A stretch of 64,000 bases of DNA from Heptranchias perlo. Its lineage: Eukaryota. The position numbers and the translations under genes were made by a program. Location: the NCBI RefSeq assembly GCF_035084215.1, contig NC_090363.1, forward strand, positions 2,418,001 to 2,482,000, read 5' to 3'. Every line of letters starts with the position of its first letter. Position 1 is the first letter of the stretch. Below the pieces are notes generated by a model that did not search any database, was not told the origin of the DNA, and was given only the letters and a program-made list of their open reading frames with translations. Shown here piece by piece: positions 50,007 to 62,965 of the stretch.

Positions 50007-53000
50007 CAAATCGACAACCCGGATTGACTTAAATTGGAAAGAAAATCAGGTGGGTGTAAAATGGAGTGCCGATTTGCTACCGCCCGTTTTGCGCCAATGA
50101 CCAGGACGAATTACACCCTCAGTGATTGCGTCTGAGCGCTGATCAGGATATCAGAGGGCCAAGAGCGATGTGCAATGTACAGCCCACTAATCAACTGATC
50201 AGGAGTCCAGGGAACACGGAGTATTGTGGGTGTATTGATTGGGAAATTGGGAGAAACTCGGGCGGTGGTGCAAAACGGGCGGAATGGCATCAGCCGCCTG
50301 TTATACGCCCGGCCCGATAGGCTATTCCCTTCCGTCGACTTGAATGAAACTCAATATTGGACGAGCCGTACAACAGGCGGCCCGAGCAACACCGCCCGGT
50401 TTGCACCGCTGCCCAAGACACATTTCTATAACCCGATTGGCGGCCAGTGACAGAAACCGCCCCGAGTAAATGGAAATAAAATATAGACGGTTTTGATAAT
50501 GCGCGGTGTGTCCGCAATACCAGTTACAAGGCCCACCCTTTCATTGCTGGACTGAAGTTCAGCCCAGATTCTGAAGCAAAGTCTTACCCACCACAGGCGA
50601 GAGGGTCACCAATCGGAGAAAGCTGACAATTAAATGGAGGGGACCCCCACCTGGTCCGCGGTAGATTTTTTCTGCGTTAATGCTGTTTTTTTTCGGGATT
50701 TCTGTGGCTTTGCGCAGAAGAAAATCTGGTCCGGGCCTTGGACGCGTATTTTCCCTCTTGATTCAATTTGCTGGCACACTTTCAAACGGCACACTAAGTA
50801 TATAGTGTCCTTATACTATTTGCATGTTTCCTGGAGAAATGCTCTCAGTTTCTCCAGGAGGTCACCAGCCTAACCAAACCGATGGAGGCCGCTCCCAAAA
50901 TCTGCACCTTGGTTTTTCTTCGGATTTGGTGTGGGCCGGGGAGGAACAGTCACACCCTGTTCTCACACCTCTCCCCATCCGCATTCTCCCTCAACGCCCG
51001 CCGGTTCAGTACAGAAACTGATCACGCACCAAACCCCCTGATATCACGTCCATTTTGGGCCCATTTCAATATCTCTCCCCATTATCACCTTTGGGAGAAT
51101 ATCGTTCCGGCTGCAATAAGTAATGCTTTTGAAGATAATTTTAAAAATATCATTGCACATAGCAACCCAATCAATTGTGTAAAATAAGTGAGGCACGTGC
51201 CCAGCAATGAATGAAATGTAAATTGTTTTTAGCCAAGAAATATAATTTACCTCTCGCGGCTGATCTGTGTTTTACCAGAGCTACACAGCGGTGTGTCGGC
51301 TCTCTGACAGAACGAATCATTGAGGCCCATTCCCTTTTCGCCTACATCTATACTTCAAACTTATTCTTTGCCAAATACTTATCGCTTTCCTTCAAAAAAA
51401 ATAATTCTGGATTCTGCCCCCACTCTTATTTTTTGGCAGGCCAGCCCCTGTCCTAAGGACCCTTGTGTAAACAAATCCCCGAACCTCTCGTTCTTTTGGT
51501 GGGGATCCTAAATTTAAATCTTCCAGTTACCGACTGATAGGCCAATAGCTTTTCCCGATTACTTTATCAAAAGTTCTCATCATTTTCAATTATCTCAGTT
51601 GGATCTCCCTTGAAGCAAAAATCAAAACATATCTAAGAGCAAATAATTGCAGACATATTCATAAATTACATTGAATATTGTTATATCATGATATTTTTTT
51701 ATTGTTCTCATACAATCAAAAGCAGCTGAACGTACCATGAAACTACATTATAAATTGTTCTGTTATTTCAAGAATTCAGATAGCATCAAATAAGTACTGC
51801 TAACTTTAGACCTCTCTGTGGTAGTGACAATGAGAATGTAAGGACTAGCTCGCTGTGACAGCGTGGGGTTTCTGAATTTTTGATATTGAGCGTATCTGCA
51901 TTCTCTACAAAACGAATCCCCTTTGAGATCACAAGAAATGTGCTGTACGCGTGGCAATCCGTCTGGTGTCCACGTGAACTTCCGTGGCAAAAGATTTTCT
52001 CTGGTCATTTTTATTTCCCTAGCAAACTGATAACGCGCTCCCTTAAAAAGCTTGAATAGAAGTCAAGGGAAAGATTGCGGTATTTTCACGATGTGGCTGA
52101 CGCATATTGATCAAAGGAAGTCTGCCCCTGCCCATTACAAAGAACACAATGACTTCAAGAGAGAGTAAAATCGGACGGGGTGTAAAACCGATCCCGCCAG
52201 TTTCACAATGGGCAGGTTAGGTTAAAATTCCCCCCTCCCCTCCATTATATCGTTTTGTGCATCACGGAAATAATGCGCTAACCGGGCGGGGGCTAAGAAT
52301 CATTCTGCTCCCGCGAGTGGTGTTATCGTAAATTCCTTCATTCAGATTTTAGACACAAATTTCGGCAGCGCCTTTTCCCCAGCTCCCCGCGGCATGATTT
52401 GAGGGCCGTGTTCTTTTAGAAAGAACATATTTAGCATTTCGCTGGAAACGTGGAGCAAAGGAATCTTTCCCAATGTGTTTATGATGCTTCTAAACATAGT
52501 TACCAAGAGAAATTCAGAAAACTTTATTCTTATAACAAACCAGAACGAAAACTTGCAAAATATCTTCGAGGGGTTGACAATGGGGTTGTGGGCCTGAAAT
52601 CGCGGCCCTGGGCGCCAACACGCCAGAATTTCACGAGTTGGTCTGAAATTTCCGTCTCTGCTATTTTAGCGGAAGCATTAACCCGTTTGTTTTAAACAGT
52701 TTAGCACCAATGCTAAAATAGCGGAAAGGAGAACGTGAAGGGTTGCCATAGCGCTAATATCTCGTAATGTCCTTCCAAGGGCCATATTTTACTGTCAGCA
52801 AATTCCCGCAATAGGTGACAGAGGAAATTAAAGATCCATTAAAACAAAGTCTGGAAGGCAAACATGTGGCTTTCTATAGCAGGGACAAGAGACGTATAAA
52901 ATTGGGGTCCGAGGCATCCGGGTGCAGTGCATCCGCAGAACGTTTGGATCCAACCACTGGCCAGGTGTTCAGGGGGCCAGGAGCCGGCTGCAAATGATAC

Positions 53001-53750
53001 AGCTGTTCAGGAGCCCGGGAACAGTGGGTGTCTACAGGAGGTGTCCTCTTGGGTTGTAGAATCTGGAGGAAGTCACTGGAGGTAACGGGCAGAGTTGGGA
53101 GAGTGTAAAGGTCGCGGGGCAGATAACAGAAACACGGGGACAGAGAAATACCAGGGAGAAAGGAAAAGCGTAAAACAGCACTCAGAGAAATCAAGAGAGA
53201 CGGTGATATAGACACAGCAAATGAGTCTTCTATTGACCTCATGGAAATCATACTACGGACCGGTGACCCATCGGCCCAGTAAATGCGGTAAGTATGTGAA
53301 TATAATTGGAACTCTTTTGCCACGTGTGTTATCCTGAGGTTCGGTACAAAACAAAAGTGAAAGAAATAAATAGAAGTGGGAAAATGCACCGAACGGATTG
53401 CACCATTTTAAATGCAAATTGGTGAATTTCCCAGCACATGTCCCTGCCTGGACAGGCCAGAAAAACAGTCCACTCCTTCAATGCTTAAAAATCACAGTCA
53501 AGGGTGGAGGACAGAGAACACCGGGCCAGGAGCTCCGGAACAGCTTGGAGTAACCCTGGGCGGATACATTAGATTAGGGGATCAGAATCAAGGAGTCGGG
53601 CGCGATTGGAATATGATCCCGGAGATCTGTGAGCTCAGCGCATTAGTTCCATACCGATTAGAAATGGATTTACAATTGGGATTATACAGAAACACCTGGG
53701 AGTAAAAGGGGGGTCTACAATGCGGCCTTAAGAAGTAAAAATAATGACTG

Positions 53751-54295
53751 TTAAAGGTTTTTGACTTGGAGGATTATCAGAGGTTCTGCGTTTTTCCTGT
53801 CTTCGTTAGAACCAGGACTGAAGTAAGGGTAGACTTTGCCAGCGAAAGAGTCAGTGAAAGTAAAGAGAGTGGTCATGTTGCCCGCATTGTAGAAGGACAC
53901 CTGTCCGCCTTCATAGTCCAGGTAAACTCCGATCTTCCTGGCCTTCAAATTGTTGGTAACGCGGGTGGGAGTGGCTGTGGACGCCCAGTACTCATTCCCG
54001 TTTTTCAGCCCCAATACCCAGTATCCTGCTTCCGTCGCCGAATTTGAGGCCCGTTTTCGCACGGAATCTTTGGCCACACCCAGATCCCACGCCGTCTTGT
54101 TTCCCACGTTCACCTCCCAGTAGTGTCTCCCTGATGTGAACCCCACCGATCCCAGGACACTAAGATCGCGATCGGACCCATCCGCGGTATCCGAGAGCTG
54201 CCGCTGTTTGTCTCCGAGTCTCACGGTGGTCCGGTCCTCGGACAGGACGAGCTGGGGATGCGCTGTGCTCGGGTCCAGAGTCAGAGAGGCTGGAG
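53751..54295 (-). CDS. TRIM-C exon 6 (PRY-SPRY/B30.2)
   Basis: APASLTLDPSTAHPQLVLSEDRTTVRLG...GRHYWEVNV...[16 protein letters not shown]...VYPYFSP; stop TAA. Confidence 0.93.
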
Positions 54296-57200
54296 CTGAG
54301 AGAAAGTTAAAGAAAATAGTTAATCAACGATTGAGATGAGAACAGCATTATTTCGTGAAACAGGACATGTGCCGTACTTGCTCATCGTATAATTTGAGGT
54401 TGGGTTTTTGGGGAATAAAATGCCAAATATAAGACCCCACAAACCTGCCTGATGCACAAAAAGAAATCGGATGTGCTGTTATGTGAGTTATTCATTCCTT
54501 TAAGGTAAGAATTTTGAATTAATTGGGCTATAAATTAGCGTGAAGCAGGCGATAGCGAATCGTCCGCCCATGTTGCACTCCACCCGAGTTTCTGTTCAAT
54601 TGATGGCCATGGCCTGTTTTGCGTCACCGCCCCAGACCAATTATACTCCAAATAGAGCATTTCTGGGCTGAAATTTATCGTGAGATGTATCGGTGCAATG
54701 GGCGATAGTAAAACTGCATTCAAATCAGTGTAAAATCAGCCGCTGGTTCTCAGTCGCCCTTTTGACGCTTTCTCCAAAGACTGATTTCACCTCCTTCAAG
54801 CCCCCCGGGGGCCACCCCAAAACCGGCCCGCCGCCAACGAATTAATTTGGAAGTGCAGTCACTTTTTTTTAATAGGCAATAGATCAACGCAATACATAGG
54901 GGAAGGTTCCTCAACTAATGAGCGAATGACCAGATAATGGGGGTGACATTCGCCTTGGGCCGGGATGCAAAACGAGCGGTATTACATCTTCCGCCAGTTA
55001 TAGGCCCCGTCCGATTATGGGACGACTCCTACAATGGGTGGCAGATGCGAAATCGCCCGTTTTGTGTCTCTGCCCCAGTGAAATGTCACCTTCAATCTGT
55101 TTTGGTGGGTGTTGGTTGAGGGAAGGTGGCTGAACTTGTGGGGGGGGGGGTAGATTTTAACTCCAAGCATGGAACGGGCGGGCAATGGGTGGAGCGCTCG
55201 CCCGTTTCTGCTGACGGGAGGCTAGAAGCCATTTCGAGGGCTGGAATCATGACCATGGCACCAGCGCGCTGCACACATCGAACGAGTGTTAGCGTGTAGC
55301 TCGCTACCCCCGGGCCAATGCAATAACTGGAAGTCCGAAAGCTGAGTTGGCTGGCAGGCAGGAAGTTGGTATGACGGGGTACGAGAGAGAGAGTTCAGGG
55401 TGGCAGTGGCCCCTCCATTCTTGTGGAACCCGAACAAGAATTCCTGCTCTTCCTGGTCCCACAAGAATAATTCTAGGGCCTTTTCTACTGCACCATACTT
55501 GTATGACTGGACAGAACATGTTTCGCACAACTGCCCCTCGAAATTGCATCGAATTTCTCTGTAGTTCAATTAACCCTGATTTGCAGGTGGTAATGTGGTC
55601 CCGATCTGATCCAGGCCAATGCCTGGTCCCCCAGCGGGAGGGCCCAGGAAATATGGCACTGGGAAGGATCCCAACAGGAATGGGGAGTGGATTGCAGCAC
55701 TGCTTTTCAGGGGCGTTATCACCTCATTCCCGTCGGGCGGCCTGGTTAAAATAGGACATTTGGGATCTTTCATGCTCAAGGTCTCAGCTGAAGAAACGGT
55801 GCCCTCTGCCAATTCGGTAGATGCTCAGTGCTGAACTGGGAAAGCCTTGAACGCACAGGGAGTGAAATTCAGCATTGGTGAAGCCCCCAAACCAGTTGGC
55901 TGCTCCTTTCACACGTCGGCTGATTTTCCTCCCCACAGACTTTGGGCGGGGTATATGACGGGCGGCTGATCCGCCGCCGCTTGTTTTTGCACCCCAGACC
56001 TGCGGGGAATTCCACTCCCATAAACCCCTGACACAAAGTTCACAGTTGAGCCGAGTAAACACTTTAAATAACCTAACCCACGTGGTCTGATTCTCTGATC
56101 ACCAACTTATAGGTCTCCAAACCGTCTCACATTGTACAGGTGGTAGCCTCCTGTTTTACACGTGCCATTTAATTTTCTGAAAGACTGAATAGGCTGAGGG
56201 TTATTATAATACAGGCCTTTTAAATGATGAAGGGGTTTGATAGGGTAGATGTAGAGAAGACATTTGCACTTATGGGGTACCCCAAAACTAGGGGCAATAA
56301 ATAAGTCAATAGAAGGGAAAATCAGACGTTATAGGATATCGCCCATTTTACACTGTTACTTACAATTAAAATTACCCGGTAGATTCTCAAAAATAAGTTG
56401 TCGAGTGACGATTGCATTTTGTCTTTCTGTAACAGCTAATGTAACCGGTTTCCTTTCATATTGTCTGTCCCCGAGGTCTCTGTCCCCGGGGTCTTTGTCT
56501 TCTGTGTCTCTGTCCCCAGGGTTAATGTCTCTGTCCCCAGGGTCAGGGTCTTCTGTCCTCAGTGTCTTTGGCCCCAGGGTTAATGTCTTTGTCCCCAGGG
56601 TCTCTATCCCCAGGATCCGGGTCTCTGTCCCCAAGGTCTCTGTCCCCAGGGTCAGGGAATCAAGGGATATGGGGATCGGGCGGGAAAGTGGAGTTGAGGT
56701 CGAAGATCAGCCATGATCTGATTGAATGGTGGAGCAGGCTCGAGGGGCCGAATGGCCTACCCTGCTCCTATTTCTTATGTTCTTAAGCATTAGAAAAATA
56801 TAAGTTATGACCACCATCCAGAAAACAAAAGATTTTGTTGGATTGTGGAATTGGCTGTTTGTGTTTTTATCTGGATTATTCTTCTAATAGAATAGATTGC
56901 GGTAAAATTGGTCTTTGAAAGTAGCGCAAAATGGGCGATAGCAAATCGGCAGCTTGTTTTAGACCCCAGCAGATTTTCCTTTCCATTGATGAAGACCAAT
57001 TCCACCCCAAACATTTATATCAAAGTACGCAGACGATACGAAACTCGGAAATGTAGTAAGCAGTGAGGAGGATAGTAACAGACTTCAGGAGGACATGGAC
57101 AGACTGGTGAAATGGGCCGACACATGGCAGATGAAATTTAACACAGAGAAGTGTGAAGTGATACATTTTGGTAGGAAGAATGAGGAGAGGCAATATAAAC

Positions 57201-60200
57201 TAAATGGTACAATTTTAAAGGGAGTGCAGGAACAGAGAGACCTGGGGATGTATGTACACAAATCTTTGAAGGTGGCAGGATATGTTGAGAATGCTGTTTA
57301 AGAAAAGTACGAGATCCTGGGCTTTATTAATAGAGGCATAGAGTACAAAAGCAAGGAAGTTATGCTAAACCTTTATAAAACACTGGTTTGGCCCCAGCTG
57401 GAGTATTGTCCAATTCTGGGCACCGCACTTTAGGAAGGATGTCAAGGCCTTAGAGAGGGTGCAGAGGAGATTTACTAGAATGGTATCAGGGATGAGGGAC
57501 TTCAGTTATGTGGATAGACTGGAGAAGCTGGGATTGTTCTCCTTAGAACAGAGAATGTTAAGAGGAGATTTAATAGAGGTGTTCAAAATCATGAACGATT
57601 TTGATAGAGTAAATAAGGAGAAACTGTTTCCAGTGGCAGAAGGGTCGGTAACCAGAGGACACAGATTTGAGGTAATTGGCAAAAGAACCAGAGGGGAGAT
57701 GAGGGGAATATTGTTTATGCAGTGAGTTGTTATGATCTGGAATGCGCTGCCTGAAAGGGCGGTGGAAGCAGATTCAATAATAACTTTCAAAAGGGAATTG
57801 GATAAATACTTGAAGGGGAAAATTTGCAGGACTATGGGGAAAGGGCAGGGGAATCGGATTAATTGGATAGCTCTTTCAAAGAGCCGGCATAGGCACGACG
57901 GGCCGAATGGCCTCCTTCTGTGCTGTAAGATTCCTTGATTCTATGGTGTTACCGTTTTAATGAGATTGTAGCAGTGATATTAATTCCACATCAGCCAGCT
58001 AGCTATGTCCTAATTTGTAGAAATTCGTGCAACTTATATTTTATTATAGGTCCCTTTGTCTTTCTTGTCTCCTACAATCTATGGGCTATTATAATTCAAG
58101 CTTGGCCACTACATCTCGATTTAACTCCTCTTGTGTCATATGCTTTTCTACTTACCGAGAGTCCTTGCACGATGGTCCTTTACTTGCCTGTATTAAATTA
58201 AAAATACAGGTTTGAAAATGTCATGTTTAGCCTCTATTGTCTCGTGTGCTTGAACGTATTGTGTCTCACTGTGGATTTTATGGGTAAAAAAGATACCATC
58301 TTACCGGGGTTGATAACGTCCATTATATCTCGCCACACTCTATATTGGATAGGTCCCTTGAATGACCCCAGAGGGAGCTTGCCTTCTGCTACTGTCGTCT
58401 GATAATTGCTGTCACTAATAATGTAAATTAGGAACATTAGAAACTGAAAATTGGCACTAAAATATGGAGTTGCGTTAATTTATGGACAGATTCAATTGAG
58501 ATCGATTCATACCTCTTTCCCTTATCTGGATCCTCCTGAAAGTGAACAAAACAGAGATTGGAGCTCACAGTAACCACATGGAGGAGTGGCAGCAGGCGGC
58601 AGGGGATGTAACCGTGCGACACAATGGAGCAAGGGACCCGGTAGAAAATGTCGAAAACTCACCTTCCTCGTTTGAGAAACGCCCAGAAAGATAGAAAGGC
58701 ACGTATGAAAAAAAATCACCGTTTTGTACAAGGATTCGACTAGGGGCAGAAATAATGGCCAGGAGTCGCTGCTTGGTGGCCAATGCTTAACAGGCCGGTA
58801 TGGCATTCCTATCTGCTAATTCAATCGAGGCATTAACTTGTGTAAAATAACACCTGCACTAAAGTAGCAGAGATAAATGATGCATCGATGGATTAACCGT
58901 TCATCACTGATATGAGCAACAGTAATTTCAAGGTTAGGGACATCATTATTATCTGACCCGCACACCATACATCCCATTCATATAGACACGTAAATGTGAC
59001 TCGTCTATTTCCCCATCAGTTAATGAGGAACAATATTTTATGATAAACAGGAACAATTAAAGCATAATCACCAGGACAACCATTTGAAGCGGCGGGAGTT
59101 ACAGGGTTATGGGATGGGGACGGGGCAGTGGAGTCCACGTTCTATTGGTCTAGCAAAGAACCAGCACAGACCCGATTGGCTGACGACCTCTTCCTTTTGT
59201 AGCAAACCCTCTGTGGTTCGATAACCCCAACTGAGCCGCGCATCTGGAATTTTAGGGCCGCGCATCTGGAATTTTAGGGCCGCGCATCTGGAATTTAAGC
59301 GAGGGTTCTTCTGATCTATTACCTTAATTTTCGCCGGAGGATCGGCGGAAAACCGGGCGAAATAGGTGACGGGCCATTTATCCCGTTTTTCGGGGTTTCA
59401 GCCGTAGTAACCCGACAAAAATGGGAAATCCCTGCGGAAATTTTACCCAAGAGTGGTTTCCCACCTCCGCCCGGACCACCGTCCCAAATTCCTCACTCCA
59501 CAGAGAGAGAAACGGACACCCAGCCGTTGCGGAACGTCAGGAAAGGGAGGCGGGGTAGGTGGGTGAGGATTGCGGTTGATGGGACTGCAGTTTTGGACGA
59601 GTCTCATCTTACGGTAGGCGGAGGGCAGGAGGCGGACAGGGAGACCCCTTGACAAAATCGAGACTGGAGGTGACAGAGGTCTAGGTAAGGGTTTCGGCCT
59701 GATGGAAGTGAAGTTGGGGGCCGAGCCCAGCGAAACTGAGGGTGGAAATAAGGGGGTAGAGTTCCCGTGAGGGTTCTCCCGACCTCCCGCTGAAACTTTG
59801 GTGGAAACCACAGAGAAACGGCGCAAAGGGCTAAATTCCACCGAAGTTACGGCGGATGACCCCCAGTGAGAACCCCAGCGCAAATTCTGCCCCCAGCTAT
59901 CGTGGGTTTGAGTAGATTGCTGGGGTTATAGGTCAGCCCCCCACCCCCCCCCCCCCCCCCGGTTTGACCGTGAGCAGCAAGCAGAGCATCCGTTGGGGAT
60001 TCCGTCAGGGGACCGCGAGTATGAAACTTGGAGGTAGCAACAGATGGAAAGGCCTTAGAGAGAAAAAGGAAGATCAGAGATGGTTTGGGGCAGTTAGAGA
60101 GGGCGGGCAGGTTCAGGGCGGGCTGCGGGTGAGCAAAGGGAGCGATTAACAGCAAGACTGGTGACCTCTTAACCTGCTTTTGGTAAGTGCTGATTTAGAG

Positions 60201-62157
60201 AGAGATGTTGGCCAGGACATCGGCAAAGCTCGCAGCTCTTTATCGAATATTTCGACCAGATCATTTCCCATGCACCTGAACCGGGATAAGAGGCAGAAGG
60301 AGCCTCGGTCCAATGTCTCATCCGAATATACCCTGCTCTCTTTCACACTCTGACTAAGCTGTTACATATTTTCACATGCTGTGCTTTCAATGAACCAGAG
60401 AAACCGCATAAAACGCATTAACAAAATAAAAAGGATTGGAAATATTTCACTTTGCTTCCTGACAAAGCCTCCCAAACTTCCCTCAAATCAGCTCTGTTAT
60501 ATCGCCCGTCTCTACCCCTGCCTCAGCTCCCCTGCTGCTCAGCCCGTCATTCGTGCCTGTGTCTCCTCTAGATTTGACTGATCCTGGCCGGCCTCCCATC
60601 TTCCACCTTCCATAAACTCGCGTTCATCCACAACCCTGCTGCCCCGTATCCTAACTCGCACCAAGTCCCGTTCACCCATCACCCCCTGTGCTCGGTGACC
60701 AACATTGGCTCCCAGTCCGGCGGCCCCTCCATTTTAAAATTATCATCTTTGTTTTCAAATCCTTCCATGGCTTCACCCCCTCCCTATCTCTGTGACCTCC
60801 TCCAGCCCTACAACCCTCCGAGATCTCTGCGCTCCTCCAATTCTTGACTCTTGCGCATCCCCGATTTTAATCGCTCCACCATTGGCGGCCGTGCCTTCAG
60901 CTGCCTGGGCCCTAAGCTCTGGAATTCCCTCCCTAAACCTCTCCGCCTCTCTCTCTCCTCCTTTAAGACTCTCCTTAAAACCTACCTCTTTGACCGAGCA
61001 CCTGTCCTAATATCTCCTTATGTGGCTCAGTGTGAAATTTTGTTTGATAATCGCTGCTGTGAAGCGCCTTGGGGACGTTTTACTCCATCAAAGGCGCTAT
61101 ATAAATGCAGGTTGTTGTTGTTGTTATAATGTTCCTGTTGACAATTTCATGATCTGTAATTTTACTGAACTCACCAAAACAGCCACCTTACCTTCAGCAA
61201 GATGAAGGCATCCTGCTGGGTTAGCTGCAGCTGTACGCTCGACAACTTCTCCTCCGTCTCGTTTAAATTATCTTGAATCTCCCGAAGGTTTATCTCCATC
61301 TTCTTTAAAATATCCTCTTCTTGGTCACCGAGCTCCTTCGCTAAAGACCGCTCTTTTTCGTCCAGAACGCTGCGCAGTTTGGAAAATTCGGACGTGATAT
61401 GTTTTTGCAAACTGTTGGACTGTTCCTGGGAAGGGAAAATAAATTGGTGCTGTGTAATATTGAACTCGAGAAGTTAACAGAATAACAGCGGGTCCGAGCA
61501 GCCCCGCAGGGTGAGAATTTTACCTGGATTTCTGAGATGTTTTGCTGTTGCTTTAACAGAACGTTTTGAACAGACGTTTTCTTCTGATTCAGAGCCTGTA
61601 GGTTCACCCTCATTTTCTCCTGCAATTAAAATCGAAACTCAGAGTAGAGAAGGGTTCGCTAAACAGTCGCGACTGAAAACCAAAAACGACCATTGAAAAC
61701 CCCCCCTCTTATCCTGTCGCCCTCTTACCTTGTAGATCTCGACAGCTTCGTTAATCAGCATGAAGTTGTGGGTTTTATGGCTCCGTCCGTCTCTCCTGTC
61801 CAGACACATCACACAGATCAGTTTCTTGTCCGTTTCACAAAACAGCTTCAGTTCTTCCTGATGCTCGTCGCAAAACGGGTTGAAAACTTTGCTGGAATCC
61901 ACCGTGTTCTTCATGTTTAAGTTTCGGATTTTGTTAGACAGAACTCCCAAAGCTCGATTGGCCTTCAGGTTTTTGTCTCGGAATACCTCCCCGCACTCTG
62001 GGCAGAAAGCTTTTTTCTCTTTTTCCCAGCACTGCAGGATACACTGACGGCAGACATCATGGCCACAATCTAACATAACCGGATCGATAAAGATATCGAG
62101 ACAAATGGGGCAATTCAGTTCATCTCCCAAACTTAGGCTGGAGGACCCGGAAGCCAT
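53751..62157 (-). CDS. TRIM-C: complete class IV TRIM (RING-B-box2-CC-PRY/SPRY), 478 aa, 6 exons
   Basis: Exons 62157-61729, 61619-61524, 61425-61192, 58535-58513, 58414-58305, 54295-53751. GT-AG introns and an open frame throughout. Confidence 0.9.
56461..56655. repeat. Degenerate tandem repeat (TCTCTGTCCCCAGGG) fused to a CR1 tail (~56655-56785)
   Basis: About nine TGTCCCC(A/G)GG-like units. Confidence 0.7.
57030..57950 (+). mobile_element. CR1 3' fragment (TRIM-C intron 5)
   Basis: [23 protein letters not shown], with stops and frameshifts. Confidence 0.9.
58305..58414 (-). CDS. TRIM-C exon 5 (110 nt)
   Basis: DSNYQTTVAEGKLPLGSFKGPIQYRVWRDIMDVINP|GTAAGA. Confidence 0.8.
58513..58535 (-). 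CDS. TRIM-C exon 4 (23 nt)
   Basis: ttcAG|GAGGATCCAGATAAGGGAAAGAG|GTATGA. Confidence 0.85.
59234..59298. repeat. 22-bp tandem repeat x3 (GCCGCGCATCTGGAATTTTAGG)
   Basis: Directly visible. Confidence 0.85.
60490..61125 (+). mobile_element. L2 3' fragment (TRIM-C intron 3)
   Basis: IGGRAFSCLGPKLWNSLPKPLRLSLSSFKTLLKTYLF; (TTG)n tail. Confidence 0.8.
61192..61425 (-). CDS. TRIM-C exon 3 (234 nt)
   Basis: EQSNSLQKHITSEFSKLRSVLDEKE...FILLK|GTAAGG. Confidence 0.9.
61524..61619 (-). CDS. TRIM-C exon 2 (96 nt)
   Basis: EKMRVNLQALNQKK...ISEIQ|GTAAAA. Confidence 0.9.
61729..62157 (-). CDS. TRIM-C exon 1 (RING + B-box2)
   Basis: MASGSSSLSLGDELNCPIC...EAVEIYK|GTAAGA. Confidence 0.92.
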
Positions 62158-62933
62158 GATCGGCTGCAGCGTTTCCTGCCTCAAAACTGGTTTCACTCTC
62201 AGTGTTGCTGTGTGATTGCGCTCTCGGCGGTGGTATCTGAGGGAATAACGGCGGTGTGCAGGGACCTTGTAGCTTTCGGCGAGATTTAGCAGGGAAAGTT
62301 GTACCGTATCGCGGGATTTCTCGAGTGCGTGGGTGAAGGGAGACAATTCTTGCTCTTTAAGCGACTAATGTCCCTTCCATTTATGGGCTATCGTATGTCA
62401 GGGGAGGAGCACTCCGCCGCCGCTATTGATGCTGGCGTTCAGAAGGTGCTGGGTTTAAAACACAGTTAGATCATTGCAGAGTCCCGCATCACTTATTGTA
62501 TCTTCATCAAACTAGTAATGAATTATTAAACTGTCTAAACCAGTGAGACTGTGAGCCCCTATTAACGAATCTATGAAATGAGATTGGAATCAGGCACGTT
62601 CATTTTATATTATATATTATATATTAAAGCTGCTTTGGAGTCCTTAGTTCAAAAACCTCGGTGGATCTTGAGGGATCAAAACCCCGAGAAGTTAAACTTT
62701 ATTTCCAGTGTTTTCCTTTTCCAGATGTTGGTGTAATTTCAGCATTTTGTGCGTTTATTTTAGATTTTCGCGTGTTTCCTGCTTTCATTCTGCGCATCCG
62801 GGATCGCCAAGTTAACTTTGAAATTATTCACCAGGGCTCATTATTTCGGGGGAATCAACTTGTCTGAAGGGTATTCATTTTATACACATATACAATGAAT
62901 AACAGTCTAAGTATTTTATTCCCCTGAAATGTT

Positions 62934-62965
<32 letters not shown>

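Noticed and set aside
62158-62346. N-terminal extension of TRIM-C in the ORF track
   Set aside because: The ORF begins at a non-ATG codon; the ATG at 62157 (MASG) aligns with the paralog starts
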